NCBI RefSeq assembly: GCF_000025505.1
Contig: NC_013849.1
Span: 1,980,001-2,012,000, forward strand
Length of the DNA: 32,000 bases
Direction: 5' to 3'
Origin: Ferroglobus placidus DSM 10642
GTDB lineage: Archaea > Halobacteriota > Archaeoglobi > Archaeoglobales > Archaeoglobaceae
Of the stretch, positions 9,244-17,980 are shown in pieces. The translations under genes and the position numbers were made by a program. Under the pieces are notes generated by a model. The model was not told the DNA's origin and did no database searches. It saw nothing but the letters and a program-made list of their open reading frames with translations. Each line of letters opens with the position of its first letter. The stretch's first letter is position 1.

Positions 9244-10158
9244 TTATAATTTTTTATTTCTTTTTATAACTTCCACAAGCTTTGGAATAACTTCCTCCCA
9301 CCTGCTTACAATTCCGTAGTCTGCATATTCAAAAATTGGAGCGTTTTCATCTTTGTTTATTGCAAGTATTCTCTTTGCATGCATAACACCGATCATATGC
9401 TGAATTTGACCGGAAATTCCTACAGCTATGTAAAGTTCTGGCTTTATTTTCTTTCCAGAAAATCCTATCATTGTATCCTCTGGAAGCCACGAGTAATCGT
9501 AAGCTACCGGACGAGTACTTCCAAACTCAGCCTCGAGAATTTCTTTCAGCTCGTAAAGTCGCTCTACGTTCTCTCTTTTCCCTACACCTCTTCCGAGTCC
9601 GATGACGACTCTAGCATTTTCAAGATCCACCTCCGACTTCTCTTTTTCTATCACTTCAATAACTTTTGTGTTTTCACTTACATCAACAGAAACTTGAGAT
9701 TCTTCTGGAATTTCGTTTCCCTCCTCTATTTCGAACACTTTTGGCATTACGCTTATAACTGCCGGAAGTCTGGAAAGTCTGATAGTTGCGATAGTTTTTC
9801 CGCTGAAACACATCCTTTCAACTACAATACTTTCTCCCACATCTATTTTCGTCACATCGGTGACGCACGGATAGCCGAGTCTTTGCGCAACTCTAGGGGC
9901 TATTTCTTTTCCTCTCTTTGTAGCTCCTACAAGTATCAAATCGAAGTTTTCCATTTTTGCAACATTTTCAATCGCAGCAACTGCGTGGTCTTCAAACCTT
10001 ATATTCGAAGAAATACTGCATCTCAGAACCTTGTCAGCGAAACCCTCAAAGCTTTCGGAGGAGTATGTTAAAACAAAAGCTCTCTCCTTAAAAGGTCTTA
10101 CGCCAGAAAGGATTTCCTTTGCAACTTCATCGTTATCTGAAAAAACGAGAAGTTTCAC
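9244..10158 (-). CDS. etfA: Electron transfer flavoprotein alpha subunit
   Basis: C-terminal FAD domain VVIGLGRGVGKRENV...FGSTRPVAYDYSWLP...IGFSGKKIKPELYIAVGISGQIQHMIGV. Confidence 0.92.
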   Translation of the reverse strand: MKLLVFSDNDEVAKEILSGVRPFKERAFVLTYSSESFEGFADKVLRCSISSNIRFEDHAVAAIENVAKMENFDLILVGATKRGKEIAPRVAQRLGYPCVTDVTKIDVGESIVVERMCFSGKTIATIRLSRLPAVISVMPKVFEIEEGNEIPEESQVSVDVSENTKVIEVIEKEKSEVDLENARVVIGLGRGVGKRENVERLYELKEILEAEFGSTRPVAYDYSWLPEDTMIGFSGKKIKPELYIAVGISGQIQHMIGVMHAKRILAINKDENAPIFEYADYGIVSRWEEVIPKLVEVIKRNKKL

Positions 10159-10913
10159 AGAATTCCCTCCTTTATAAGCTCAGAAACTATTTCATTGACA
10201 GCTTTATCCACATCTTCCTTGTAAATCTTTTTCTTCCTATCGATACGCGGAGCTTTGTTTCTCAGAACCTCAATGTTGCTTCCAACGCTAATACCGAGTT
10301 CCGAAGTTTCAAATCTTTCAACGGGTTTCTTAGCAGCTTTTAATATTTGAGACAAAGAAGGTAACCTCGGTTCATTGATTTCGTTTGTGACAGTGAGAAC
10401 AGCGGGCATACTAGCCTCAACCCTCTCAAACCACTCCTCCAAATCCCTCAATACAACGATTTTTCTCGATTCTACATCAATTTTCTCGATTCTTCTTACG
10501 AAAGTCAAAATAGGAAGTTTCAAAATTTCCGCAACCCTCGGACCGACTTGGGCAGTGTGAGTGTCTATGGAAGCTTCTCCGAAAAACAATAAGTCAAAAT
10601 CTTCGATGTTCCTGACGATCTCAGCTATTGTTAAAGCCGTGCTCTCAGTATCAATTAATTCACGAACAGCAATAACTTTTGCTTCGTCTCCACCAATAGC
10701 AAGCGCTTCTTTTACAACACTACTGACATAATCTCCGACAACAATCACCGTAATTTTCCCGCCAAATTTTTCTTTTATTCTCACAGCTTCTTCTAAAGCG
10801 TTTTTACTCAAATCATCAAGCTTTGTTGGAAAGGTAATCGGCTCGAGGGTTTGAGGGTCTATTTTCACCTGATCAACGTCGACAGCCTGCTTTGCGCAGA
10901 CAACTACATGCAT
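10155..10913 (-). CDS. etfB: Electron transfer flavoprotein beta subunit
   Basis: MHVVVCAKQAVD...DDLSKNALEEAVRIKEK...GEASIDTHTAQVGPRVAEIL; overlaps etfA. Confidence 0.92.
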   Translation of the reverse strand: MHVVVCAKQAVDVDQVKIDPQTLEPITFPTKLDDLSKNALEEAVRIKEKFGGKITVIVVGDYVSSVVKEALAIGGDEAKVIAVRELIDTESTALTIAEIVRNIEDFDLLFFGEASIDTHTAQVGPRVAEILKLPILTFVRRIEKIDVESRKIVVLRDLEEWFERVEASMPAVLTVTNEINEPRLPSLSQILKAAKKPVERFETSELGISVGSNIEVLRNKAPRIDRKKKIYKEDVDKAVNEIVSELIKEGIL

Positions 10914-11002
10914 CCGATCACCATTAATTGTTTACCGATAGTTTTAAATATAATTTTCGGTTTAATTCCATTATCATTAAGGAAAAATCTGGAGGTGAAA
11001 AG

Positions 11003-12943
11003 TTGCTGAAACACCTTTTTGAGCCGATTAAAATCGGGAAATTCAAAATTAAAAACCGGGTAAAGTACGCAGCCTGTTCGGTTTCGAACTTCAACAATCC
11101 AGATGGAACAGTTTCTGAAAGAGAGCTTGCGAGAATGAGAGTTGTTGCAAAAACCGGATGCGGGATAATAACAAACCAAGGTGCTTACCCAGACAGAGAA
11201 GGGTATGGAAAAGGATATGCAAGACAGCTAGCTATATATGACGATAAATTCATACCCGGGCTGAGGAAGATAGCGGAGATAATTCACAACGAGGGGGCTA
11301 TAGCGATACAGCAGATTTTGCATGCTGGAAGGTACGGTGGCTACGACACGGGCATAGCGTTGCAACCATCTCCGGTTCCTCAGAAACTGAGACACTACAG
11401 ACCAGTAAGGGAAATGACGAAAGAGGAGATAAGGAAGGTAATAGTCGATCATGCAGAGGCTGCCAGAAGAGCAATAGAGGCGGGATTTGACGGAGTGGAA
11501 ATTACGGCATTTATGGGTTACTTGTTGGCAAACTTCCTTTCCCCCTTCACAAACAAGAGGACTGACGAGTACGGAGGTGATGTGGAAAAAAGATGCAGAT
11601 TCATGGTTGAGACGATCGAAGCTATAAGAGGGAAGATAGGAGACGACAAACTGATCTCCATAAGATTGAACGGGGCTGAACTTCTTGACGAGGTTGGAGG
11701 TAGCACTGAAGAGGAGTGCTTGGAGTACATGAAAATTGCAGAAGAGGCAGGGGTGGATATAATAAGCATAGTCGTGGGATGGCACGAGTCTTCGAAAGGA
11801 GCGTTAGGAAGAGATTTGCCAACTACTCAGTGGCTTTACTTAGCTGAAAGAGCTAAGAAACATCTCAAAGTTCCGATAGCTTTTGGACCTCGTTTTGGAG
11901 ACCCAAGACTTGCTGATAAGGCTATAGCAGACGGGATAATCGACCTGTGGGAGATCTGCCGTCCAGCATTAGCTGATCCGGAAATTTTACACAAAGCCAA
12001 GGAAGGTAGATTCGATGAAATTAAGCCTTGTTTGGGAGGTCTAATGTGCCTATCCACGATGTTCCACGACTTACCGTACATCTGCACGGTTAATCCAAGA
12101 ATCGGTCATGAAATAGAGCCAGAATACGAGATCAAACCAGCTGTTAGGAGAAAAAAGGTTGTAATAGTTGGAGGAGGACCGGCAGGTTTGGAATGTGCGG
12201 TTACGGCAGCTAAAAGAGGGCATGAGGTAATACTCTACGAAAAGGAGGACAAGCTTGGAGGACAGTTGATTCCAGCTTCAAAAGAAATAGGAGGAGGTTA
12301 CGTTTTTCTCGATCTGATAAGGTATTATGAAGTTCAGCTGAAAAAGCACGGGGTGAAGGTTTACACTGGAGTTGAGGTTACCCCAGAAATAATAATGAAA
12401 GAAAAACCCGATGTGCTCGTTTTAGCTACTGGGGCAACGATAACAAAAGATTACAACGAAGTAAATGGAGTTAAGATTTACACGGCTATAGAATTACTAA
12501 AAGATGAAAGAATTGCAGAAGAAATTGGTGATAATGTCGTTGTCGTTTCTGGAGAAAGGGCGGGTTTAGTTGCAGCAGAATACCTCGCGAAAAAAGGGAA
12601 AAAAGTGACGATAGTTGAAGAGGGTAAGAAAATAGCAAAAGACGTAATCCCAACGTTCAAGTGGAGGCACAAGTTATGGGTTAGCGAGCTTGGGATAAAT
12701 GTAATCACCGAAGGAAAGATTGGAGAGATAAAAAAGAACAAATGCGTAGTTAAAACGAAAAACGGTGATGTAGAAGTCCCAGCTGATGCAATAGTTTTAG
12801 GAGGTCCGAGAAAACCTATCAACGGTCTCTGGAGCAGTATAGAATTTTTGGCAGATGAAAAATACATAATAGGAGATGCGGTTTTGCCGAGATCGATTGC
12901 TTACGCAATACACGAGGGTTACAAGCTCGGAGCGAGGATTTAA
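11003..12943 (+). CDS. OYE/2,4-dienoyl-CoA reductase-like FMN/FAD/Fe-S oxidoreductase
   Basis: LFEPIKIGKFKIKNRVKYAACSV, IQQILHAGRYG, and a C-terminal FAD domain VVIVGGGPAGLECAVTAAKRG. Probable TTG start at 11003 after GGAGGTGA; the track start at 10928 lies in the divergent promoter. Confidence 0.87.
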   Translation: MLKHLFEPIKIGKFKIKNRVKYAACSVSNFNNPDGTVSERELARMRVVAKTGCGIITNQGAYPDREGYGKGYARQLAIYDDKFIPGLRKIAEIIHNEGAIAIQQILHAGRYGGYDTGIALQPSPVPQKLRHYRPVREMTKEEIRKVIVDHAEAARRAIEAGFDGVEITAFMGYLLANFLSPFTNKRTDEYGGDVEKRCRFMVETIEAIRGKIGDDKLISIRLNGAELLDEVGGSTEEECLEYMKIAEEAGVDIISIVVGWHESSKGALGRDLPTTQWLYLAERAKKHLKVPIAFGPRFGDPRLADKAIADGIIDLWEICRPALADPEILHKAKEGRFDEIKPCLGGLMCLSTMFHDLPYICTVNPRIGHEIEPEYEIKPAVRRKKVVIVGGGPAGLECAVTAAKRGHEVILYEKEDKLGGQLIPASKEIGGGYVFLDLIRYYEVQLKKHGVKVYTGVEVTPEIIMKEKPDVLVLATGATITKDYNEVNGVKIYTAIELLKDERIAEEIGDNVVVVSGERAGLVAAEYLAKKGKKVTIVEEGKKIAKDVIPTFKWRHKLWVSELGINVITEGKIGEIKKNKCVVKTKNGDVEVPADAIVLGGPRKPINGLWSSIEFLADEKYIIGDAVLPRSIAYAIHEGYKLGARI

Positions 12944-12954
12944 TGGTAGTGTCA

Positions 12955-13360
12955 CTATAATGTTGATAAATTATAGTAATGAATCCACAGTTTGATTGAA
13001 TTTCGAGCATTTCCAAAGATCTTGAAAATCTGATTGATTTTCTTGCGAATCTCGGATTGTCGTTTCGTAAAGTTAAGAATAATCTTTCAACGTGGTTTGT
13101 TCCTCCTTTTCTTATGATCCTCTGTTTGTAAGGGATCAAATTATAAGCGTCCCAGCGATCCGTGTAAAAGATAGCTTTCTGCTTGATCTCACCACCAATA
13201 CCGTCCCACAACCTTTTGAAAGTACCTACAGAACGATCTCCTACGGCATAACTTATTATTTTTCGGGAATTTCTCTCTAAAGCAATCCAAATCCAGACTT
13301 CTTTTTCCTTTTTCCTAACGAAACTCCAAGCTTCATCCAATTCAACAACAGGATTATCGT
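12955..13360 (-). pseudogene. IS1-family transposase catalytic part (InsB-like), C-terminal frameshift
   Basis: VVELDEAWSFVRKKEKEVWIWIALERNSRKIISYAVGDRS...YTDRWDAYNLIP; the canonical-looking end ...SIKLWIHYYNLSTL* lies in another frame with its stop at 12955-12957, so the track ORF runs on to 12819 beyond the element. Confidence 0.7.
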
Positions 13361-13368
13361 GACCGATT

Positions 13369-13668
13369 TCATTTCTCAGGTCTTTTTTTAGAAAATTCTC
13401 TAACCCAAGCCGTTACAGTGTTAGGAGAAAGCTTGAAAATCCTGCTCGCTTGTCTTACTCCCACTCCCTCCCTTACCACAGCCTTCACAACCATCTCCTT
13501 GAATTCTTCCGGATAATTCCTCGGCTTTATCGGATTTAAAACAAAAGTTCTTCCGCAGTTCTTGCATTTGTATCTCTGCCTCCTTTCTCCGGATTTTGTG
13601 TGATAACAGCCCATTTTCACAGTTTTTATCGATTTGCAATGCGGACACATCATCACCGATTTATCCAA
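13369..13668 (-). CDS. IS1-family InsA-like zinc-ribbon/HTH protein
   Basis: CPHCKSIKTVKMGCYHTKSGERRQRYKCKNCGRTFV + RQASRIFKLSPNTVTAWVREF. Confidence 0.82.
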   Translation of the reverse strand: MDKSVMMCPHCKSIKTVKMGCYHTKSGERRQRYKCKNCGRTFVLNPIKPRNYPEEFKEMVVKAVVREGVGVRQASRIFKLSPNTVTAWVREFSKKRPEK

Positions 13669-13732
13669 CTAATTGAATATAAACATTACTGAGGCATTAT
13701 CAATTTAATTTTTTCTAAACTTATTTTTTGTC

Positions 13733-14953
13733 ATGATAGTGAAAATTTGGGAAAATCATCCCTGGTTGATAGATACTGATAAGTTTAAAAGATTTAATCA
13801 GAAGTATACTATGTTCAGTAGAACTGGCTGGGATAAGAAAGTAAAAGAAATGGCAAGAAAAAGCGTTGAGAGTGTCGTGAGAAACATAAAATATGGAAAA
13901 CGCTCATCTCTTCTTGATTACGCTTTTATGTCTGCTGGTTGGTGGGTTGCGATAAAAGGTGCTCCTTTTCAGATGGATTACGGAGATGGCGGACTGATAA
14001 GTTGGAAGAGTGACATTTCACCGATATTTTCGATAGCTTCTCCTTTCTGGAACGAAAAATTAAGTGAATTCAGGAAAAAGTTTAGAGAAGATGCTGAGAA
14101 AAATCCGGAAAAACTCACCAGAGTTGTAAAGAAAGTTGCAAAGTATTTCGGAGCAGATCTTGTCGGTGTAGCCGAATTTGACGAAAGGTGGGTGTATTCG
14201 GCAAGAGTGCTTAATCCGAGATATCATATCGGGAAGGAATTTATTGAAGAGTCTCTGGAACTGCCAGAAGTTAGGTACTGCATAGTGCTCGCTATCAAAG
14301 AGGATTATGAAATGCAATCTACAGCCGACGGTGGAGTTTCAATGGGAGACATAGCCTTTGGATATTCAAAAATGGCTATTGTAGCCGGAAGTCTTGCCGA
14401 ATTTCTCAGAGCGTTAGGTTTTACAGCTATCCCAAGCGGTAACGACCTGGCGTTAAGCATCCCATACGCTATTTCCGCCGGACTTGGAGAATATAGTAGA
14501 ATGGGCTTACTTATAACTAAAAAGTTCGGTCCTCGAGTTAGACTCGCTAAGGTTTTCACTGACACCCCCCTCAAAGCTGATAAACCCGTAAGATTTGGTG
14601 TTTACGAATTTTGCTTGAAGTGTAAAAAATGTGCTGAGAAATGCCCGGCTAAGGCGATTCCCTTCGAAGATCCGAGTTGGAAAAGAAAAACTATAAGCAA
14701 CATTGAAGGAATTTACAAGTGGCATGTGGATGTTGAAAAATGCTTCGAATACTGGTGTAAGTCTGGAAATCTGGGATGTGGAGTTTGCGTAAGGGTTTGT
14801 CCATACAACAAACCCTCAGGAAGAACTTATTTTATCCACGCATTTTTCAGAGAATATATTGTTCCGATTGTTGGTGGTAAAGTTGCTAAAATCTTCGACG
14901 ATTTGCTTGGATACGGGAAGAGGAAATCCTCTTCCGAGTGGTGGAATTCGTGA
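13733..14953 (+). CDS. Soluble reductive-dehalogenase-like (RdhA-like) iron-sulfur protein
   Basis: GLGEYSRMGLLITKKFGPRVRLAKVFTDTPL motif, then CLKCKKCAEKCP and CFEYWCKSGNLGCGVCVRVCPYNKP; no TAT or Sec leader visible. Confidence 0.75.
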   Translation: MIVKIWENHPWLIDTDKFKRFNQKYTMFSRTGWDKKVKEMARKSVESVVRNIKYGKRSSLLDYAFMSAGWWVAIKGAPFQMDYGDGGLISWKSDISPIFSIASPFWNEKLSEFRKKFREDAEKNPEKLTRVVKKVAKYFGADLVGVAEFDERWVYSARVLNPRYHIGKEFIEESLELPEVRYCIVLAIKEDYEMQSTADGGVSMGDIAFGYSKMAIVAGSLAEFLRALGFTAIPSGNDLALSIPYAISAGLGEYSRMGLLITKKFGPRVRLAKVFTDTPLKADKPVRFGVYEFCLKCKKCAEKCPAKAIPFEDPSWKRKTISNIEGIYKWHVDVEKCFEYWCKSGNLGCGVCVRVCPYNKPSGRTYFIHAFFREYIVPIVGGKVAKIFDDLLGYGKRKSSSEWWNS

Positions 14954-14966
14954 TTGTTTGGTATCG

Positions 14967-14985
14967 TTAACCGTTAAATTTATAT
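14967..14985 (+). promoter_or_regulatory. Shared promoter element, copy D
   Basis: TTAACCGTTAAATTTATAT followed by TGGTT; the 23-mer TAACCGTTAAATTTATATTGGTT is identical to copy E; 67 nt upstream of the ATG at 15052. Confidence 0.75.
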
Positions 14986-15003
14986 TGGTTTTTCAGCTAA
15001 AAA

Positions 15004-15022
15004 TTGTGATAATAAATCACAA
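15004..15022. promoter_or_regulatory. Perfect inverted repeat TTGTGAT-N5-ATCACAA, candidate operator
   Basis: TTGTGAT AATAA ATCACAA located just downstream of the copy D TATA-like element. Confidence 0.6.
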
Positions 15023-15051
15023 CTTATTAGGGGTTAGGGGTGGTGGAATTT

Positions 15052-15918
15052 ATGGATATCAACGAAATTTGCGTAGTTGGGGCTGGGACAATGGGACATG
15101 GAATCGCTCAAGTAGCTGCGATGCATGGCTACGATGTCGTTATGGTGGATATAAAGCAAGAGATAATTGACAGCGCCTTTGAAAAGATAAAAGCAAGTTT
15201 AAATAAGTTGGCTGAAAAGGGAAAATTCGACGCAAATAAGATAGATGACGTTTTGGAGAGAATAAAGGGGACGACAAAGCTTGAAGATGCGAAGAATTCC
15301 GATTTCGTAATAGAGTCTGTTCCGGAAGTAATGGAAATTAAACAGGATGTTTTTAGAAAGCTCGATGAGATATGTCACAGAGAAGCTATTTTCACCTCCA
15401 ACACTTCGGCTTTAAGCATAACGGAGATGGCTTCAGTTACGAAGAGAAAGGACAAGTTTGCCGGAATGCACTGGTTCAATCCCCCGCAGATAATGAAGCT
15501 GATAGAAGTGATAAAAACGATAGATACTTCCGAAGAAACTCTCAACACCGTCGTAAACTTAGCAAAAGAGTTCGGAAAAGAAGTGGTGATTTGCAAGGAT
15601 TCCGTCGGCTTTATAGTTAGCAGAGCTCTTCAGGCTTTCGTTACCGAATGTATCCGAATTCTCGAAGAGGGCGTAGCTTCGGCAGAAGATATTGATAAAG
15701 CAATAAAGCTCGGATTGAACCATCCGATGGGTCCTTTTGAACTTCTTGACTTCACGAACGGAATCCCAGTGATATTTCATGCGGGAGAAGTTATGAGGAA
15801 GGTTTATGGAGAGAGATTCACTGTTCCTCAGACGGTCAGAATGCTCTACTATTCAGGCAGACATGGAAGGAAAAGCGGAAGAGGTTTTTACGACTACACC
15901 AAGGGTGAAAAGGAATGA
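15052..15918 (+). CDS. 3-hydroxyacyl-CoA (3-hydroxybutyryl-CoA) dehydrogenase
   Basis: ICVVGAGTMGHGIAQVAAMHGYDVVMVD, TSALSITEMA, GMHWFNPP, LGLNHPMGPFELLDF. GTG starts at 15040/15043 are possible alternatives. Confidence 0.92.
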   Translation: MDINEICVVGAGTMGHGIAQVAAMHGYDVVMVDIKQEIIDSAFEKIKASLNKLAEKGKFDANKIDDVLERIKGTTKLEDAKNSDFVIESVPEVMEIKQDVFRKLDEICHREAIFTSNTSALSITEMASVTKRKDKFAGMHWFNPPQIMKLIEVIKTIDTSEETLNTVVNLAKEFGKEVVICKDSVGFIVSRALQAFVTECIRILEEGVASAEDIDKAIKLGLNHPMGPFELLDFTNGIPVIFHAGEVMRKVYGERFTVPQTVRMLYYSGRHGRKSGRGFYDYTKGEKE

Positions 15919-17081
15919 GTGATGTTGCAATAGTGGGAGCTGGGACAACCAAGTACGGAAAGCATCTTGACAAATCAGCAACCGACTTGGCGCAGCTAGC
16001 GGTAAAGGAGGCTATTGAAAGTGCCGAAAACATATCGATCGAAGACTTCGACGGCTTTGTTCTCAGCTCCCAGAATCCAGAGATCCTTCAAAAGCAGGGA
16101 AATTCGGTAAACCACTTCTCTGAATTTCTAGGGATTAAAGCGAAGTTTGCCACTCGTGTCGAAGGGGCTTGTGTAAGTGGAAGCATGGGGCTAATTACGG
16201 GCTACATGGCTGTAAAATCGGGGCTTGTAGATCTTTGCTTGGTTGTAGGTGTTGAGAAGTGTTACGAGCTCCCCTCAAGCTCAGACATAATGGCAGCTTT
16301 TTCTTACGTTATAGACAGAGACTGGGAGGCAGCCTTAGGTTCTAACGCACCGATGGGTTTTGCTATGTTTGCAACGAGACATATGAGTATTTACGGAACA
16401 AAAGAGGAACAACTTGCAATGGTAGCTGTGAAGAACAGAAAATTCGCTTCGAAAAATCCGAAAGCCCATTTTCAAAAACCTATAACGATCGAAGACGTTT
16501 TAAATTCCCGACCAATTTCCAAACCTCTCAAGCTTCTCGATTGCTGTCCAGTGAGTGATGGAGCTTCGGCGGTGATTTTAACGAGAAAAGAACTCGCTAA
16601 GAATTACACTGATACGCCAGTCTATATAAAAGGGTTCGGGCAGTATCTAATCAATGAGAATGTTATAAGCAGCATTTCAGATCTGACGGAATTTACAGCT
16701 CTGAAGATCGCTGCAAGAGAAGCATACAAACGAGCAAAAATAGAGCCGAAGGATGTAGATGTTGCAGAAGTGCACGACTGCTTTACAATAGCTGAAATCC
16801 TTGAGATAGAAGCGTTGGGTTTCTGCAATAAGGGAGAGGGTGGGAGGTTTGTAGAAGAGGGAGAGACTGACTTGGGCGGAAAAATTCCAGTAAATACTGG
16901 AGGAGGTTTGCTTTCGAGGGGACATCCAATAGGTGCAACTGGGATTTGTCAAGCGGGAATAATCTTCGAGCAGCTGAGAGGAGAGGCTCCAAAAGGAAGA
17001 GCCGTTGATGCGGAAATTGGACTAACCCAAAATCTCGGAGGATGGGGTACGAGCCAGGCAGTCATAATTTATTCGAGGTGA
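15915..17081 (+). CDS. Thiolase-family protein (archaeal/SCP-x-like acetyl-CoA acyltransferase)
   Basis: EGACVSGSMGLITGYMAVKSG, DVAEVHDCFTIAEILEIEALGF, NTGGGLLSRGHPIGATGI. Confidence 0.9.
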   Translation: MSDVAIVGAGTTKYGKHLDKSATDLAQLAVKEAIESAENISIEDFDGFVLSSQNPEILQKQGNSVNHFSEFLGIKAKFATRVEGACVSGSMGLITGYMAVKSGLVDLCLVVGVEKCYELPSSSDIMAAFSYVIDRDWEAALGSNAPMGFAMFATRHMSIYGTKEEQLAMVAVKNRKFASKNPKAHFQKPITIEDVLNSRPISKPLKLLDCCPVSDGASAVILTRKELAKNYTDTPVYIKGFGQYLINENVISSISDLTEFTALKIAAREAYKRAKIEPKDVDVAEVHDCFTIAEILEIEALGFCNKGEGGRFVEEGETDLGGKIPVNTGGGLLSRGHPIGATGICQAGIIFEQLRGEAPKGRAVDAEIGLTQNLGGWGTSQAVIIYSR

Positions 17082-17085
17082 AAAA

Positions 17086-17505
17086 ATGAAAATTATGGAA
17101 GTACCTCCTCGCTATCCGAACTTTGAACAGACTGCCATAAAGAAGTTCTGGGATTCTTTAAAAGAAAAAAAGCTTCTTGCTACAAAATGCTCAGAATGCG
17201 GAAAAATAGAATTTCCTCCGAAAATCGTGTGTACCTCTTGTTACTCGGACAAGATGGAGTGGACCGAACTGCCTAAGAGGGGAAGAATCTACTCTTTTAC
17301 AGAAATGCATGTCGTACCAACGGGTTTCAAGCCTCCTTTGACGGTTGCTGTTGTGGAGCTGGAAAACGGAGTGAGGCTGTTTAGCTACGTAGTTAATGCA
17401 AGATTCGAAGAGCTGAACGTTGGAGATGAGGTCGAGATAGATTTTCAGGAGATAAACTGGTACGACTACAAAAAACATCCGTACTTCGTTTTTAGAAAAA
17501 TATGA
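17086..17505 (+). CDS. DUF35 OB-fold/rubredoxin-like Zn-ribbon protein, thiolase partner
   Basis: CSECGKIEFPPKIVCTSCYSDKMEWTELPKRGRIYSFTEM; directly follows the thiolase. Confidence 0.88.
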   Translation: MKIMEVPPRYPNFEQTAIKKFWDSLKEKKLLATKCSECGKIEFPPKIVCTSCYSDKMEWTELPKRGRIYSFTEMHVVPTGFKPPLTVAVVELENGVRLFSYVVNARFEELNVGDEVEIDFQEINWYDYKKHPYFVFRKI

Positions 17506-17515
17506 GGTGTTCTAT

Positions 17516-17980
17516 ATGTCTCAAGCTGAGAAGGATCTAAAAGTTATGTGGAACATTTGCCGAGACTTCTTTTACAAATGGAGATCAGTTGTTGAGGAGG
17601 AATTCGGTAGAGAGAAGGCAAGAGAGCTCGTGAAAAAGTTCTGGGAAAAAGTTGGAGAGGGTACTGCAGAACTATACAAAGAGCACGGAGTAAATCCGGA
17701 AAGTCTCAGTGAGATAGCTAAAGCAATAGCGAGAAGCAGTGAAATCATGGGAGAAAGAGTGGAAATAATAGAAAAAGGAGATAGAGTTATCGTCAGACAT
17801 ACCTCATGCCCTTGGTTCGACTGGGCTAAGAGGTTCGGATTGGAGGAGGAGGATAAAGAAGGATGTGATATCTGGTTTAAAGTGACTGTAGAGAAGATGA
17901 ACCCTAGAGCAAAGGTTGAATCAACGAAATCTTTCGCAGCTGGAGACGATTTTTGTGAGAGAATAATTTATTTTAAATAA
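17516..17980 (+). CDS. Small L-2-amino-thiazoline-4-carboxylate-hydrolase-like / V4R-like protein
   Basis: VRHTSCPWFDWAKRFGLEEEDKEGCDIW...AAGDDFCERIIYF; start at ATG 17516 after GAGGTG. Confidence 0.5.
   Translation: MSQAEKDLKVMWNICRDFFYKWRSVVEEEFGREKARELVKKFWEKVGEGTAELYKEHGVNPESLSEIAKAIARSSEIMGERVEIIEKGDRVIVRHTSCPWFDWAKRFGLEEEDKEGCDIWFKVTVEKMNPRAKVESTKSFAAGDDFCERIIYFK

Larger units (their letters stand above)
12945..13701 (-). mobile_element. IS1-family insertion sequence, apparently decayed
   Basis: Imperfect terminal inverted repeats (GGTAGTGTCACTATAATGTT / GATAATGCCTCAGTAATGTT), ~757 bp, flanked by near-direct repeats GATTTAAT (12937-12944) and AATTTAAT (13702-13709); InsA- and InsB-like ORFs inside. 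Confidence 0.82.

Noticed and set aside
9379-10071. 230-aa plus-strand ORF
   Set aside because: Antisense to etfA, with Ser/Tyr/Phe/His-rich composition typical of shadow ORFs.
10928-11002. N-terminal 25 residues of the track version of the OYE-like ORF
   Set aside because: They lie in the divergent promoter and do not resemble the family N-terminus; TTG 11003 after GGAGGTGA fits better.
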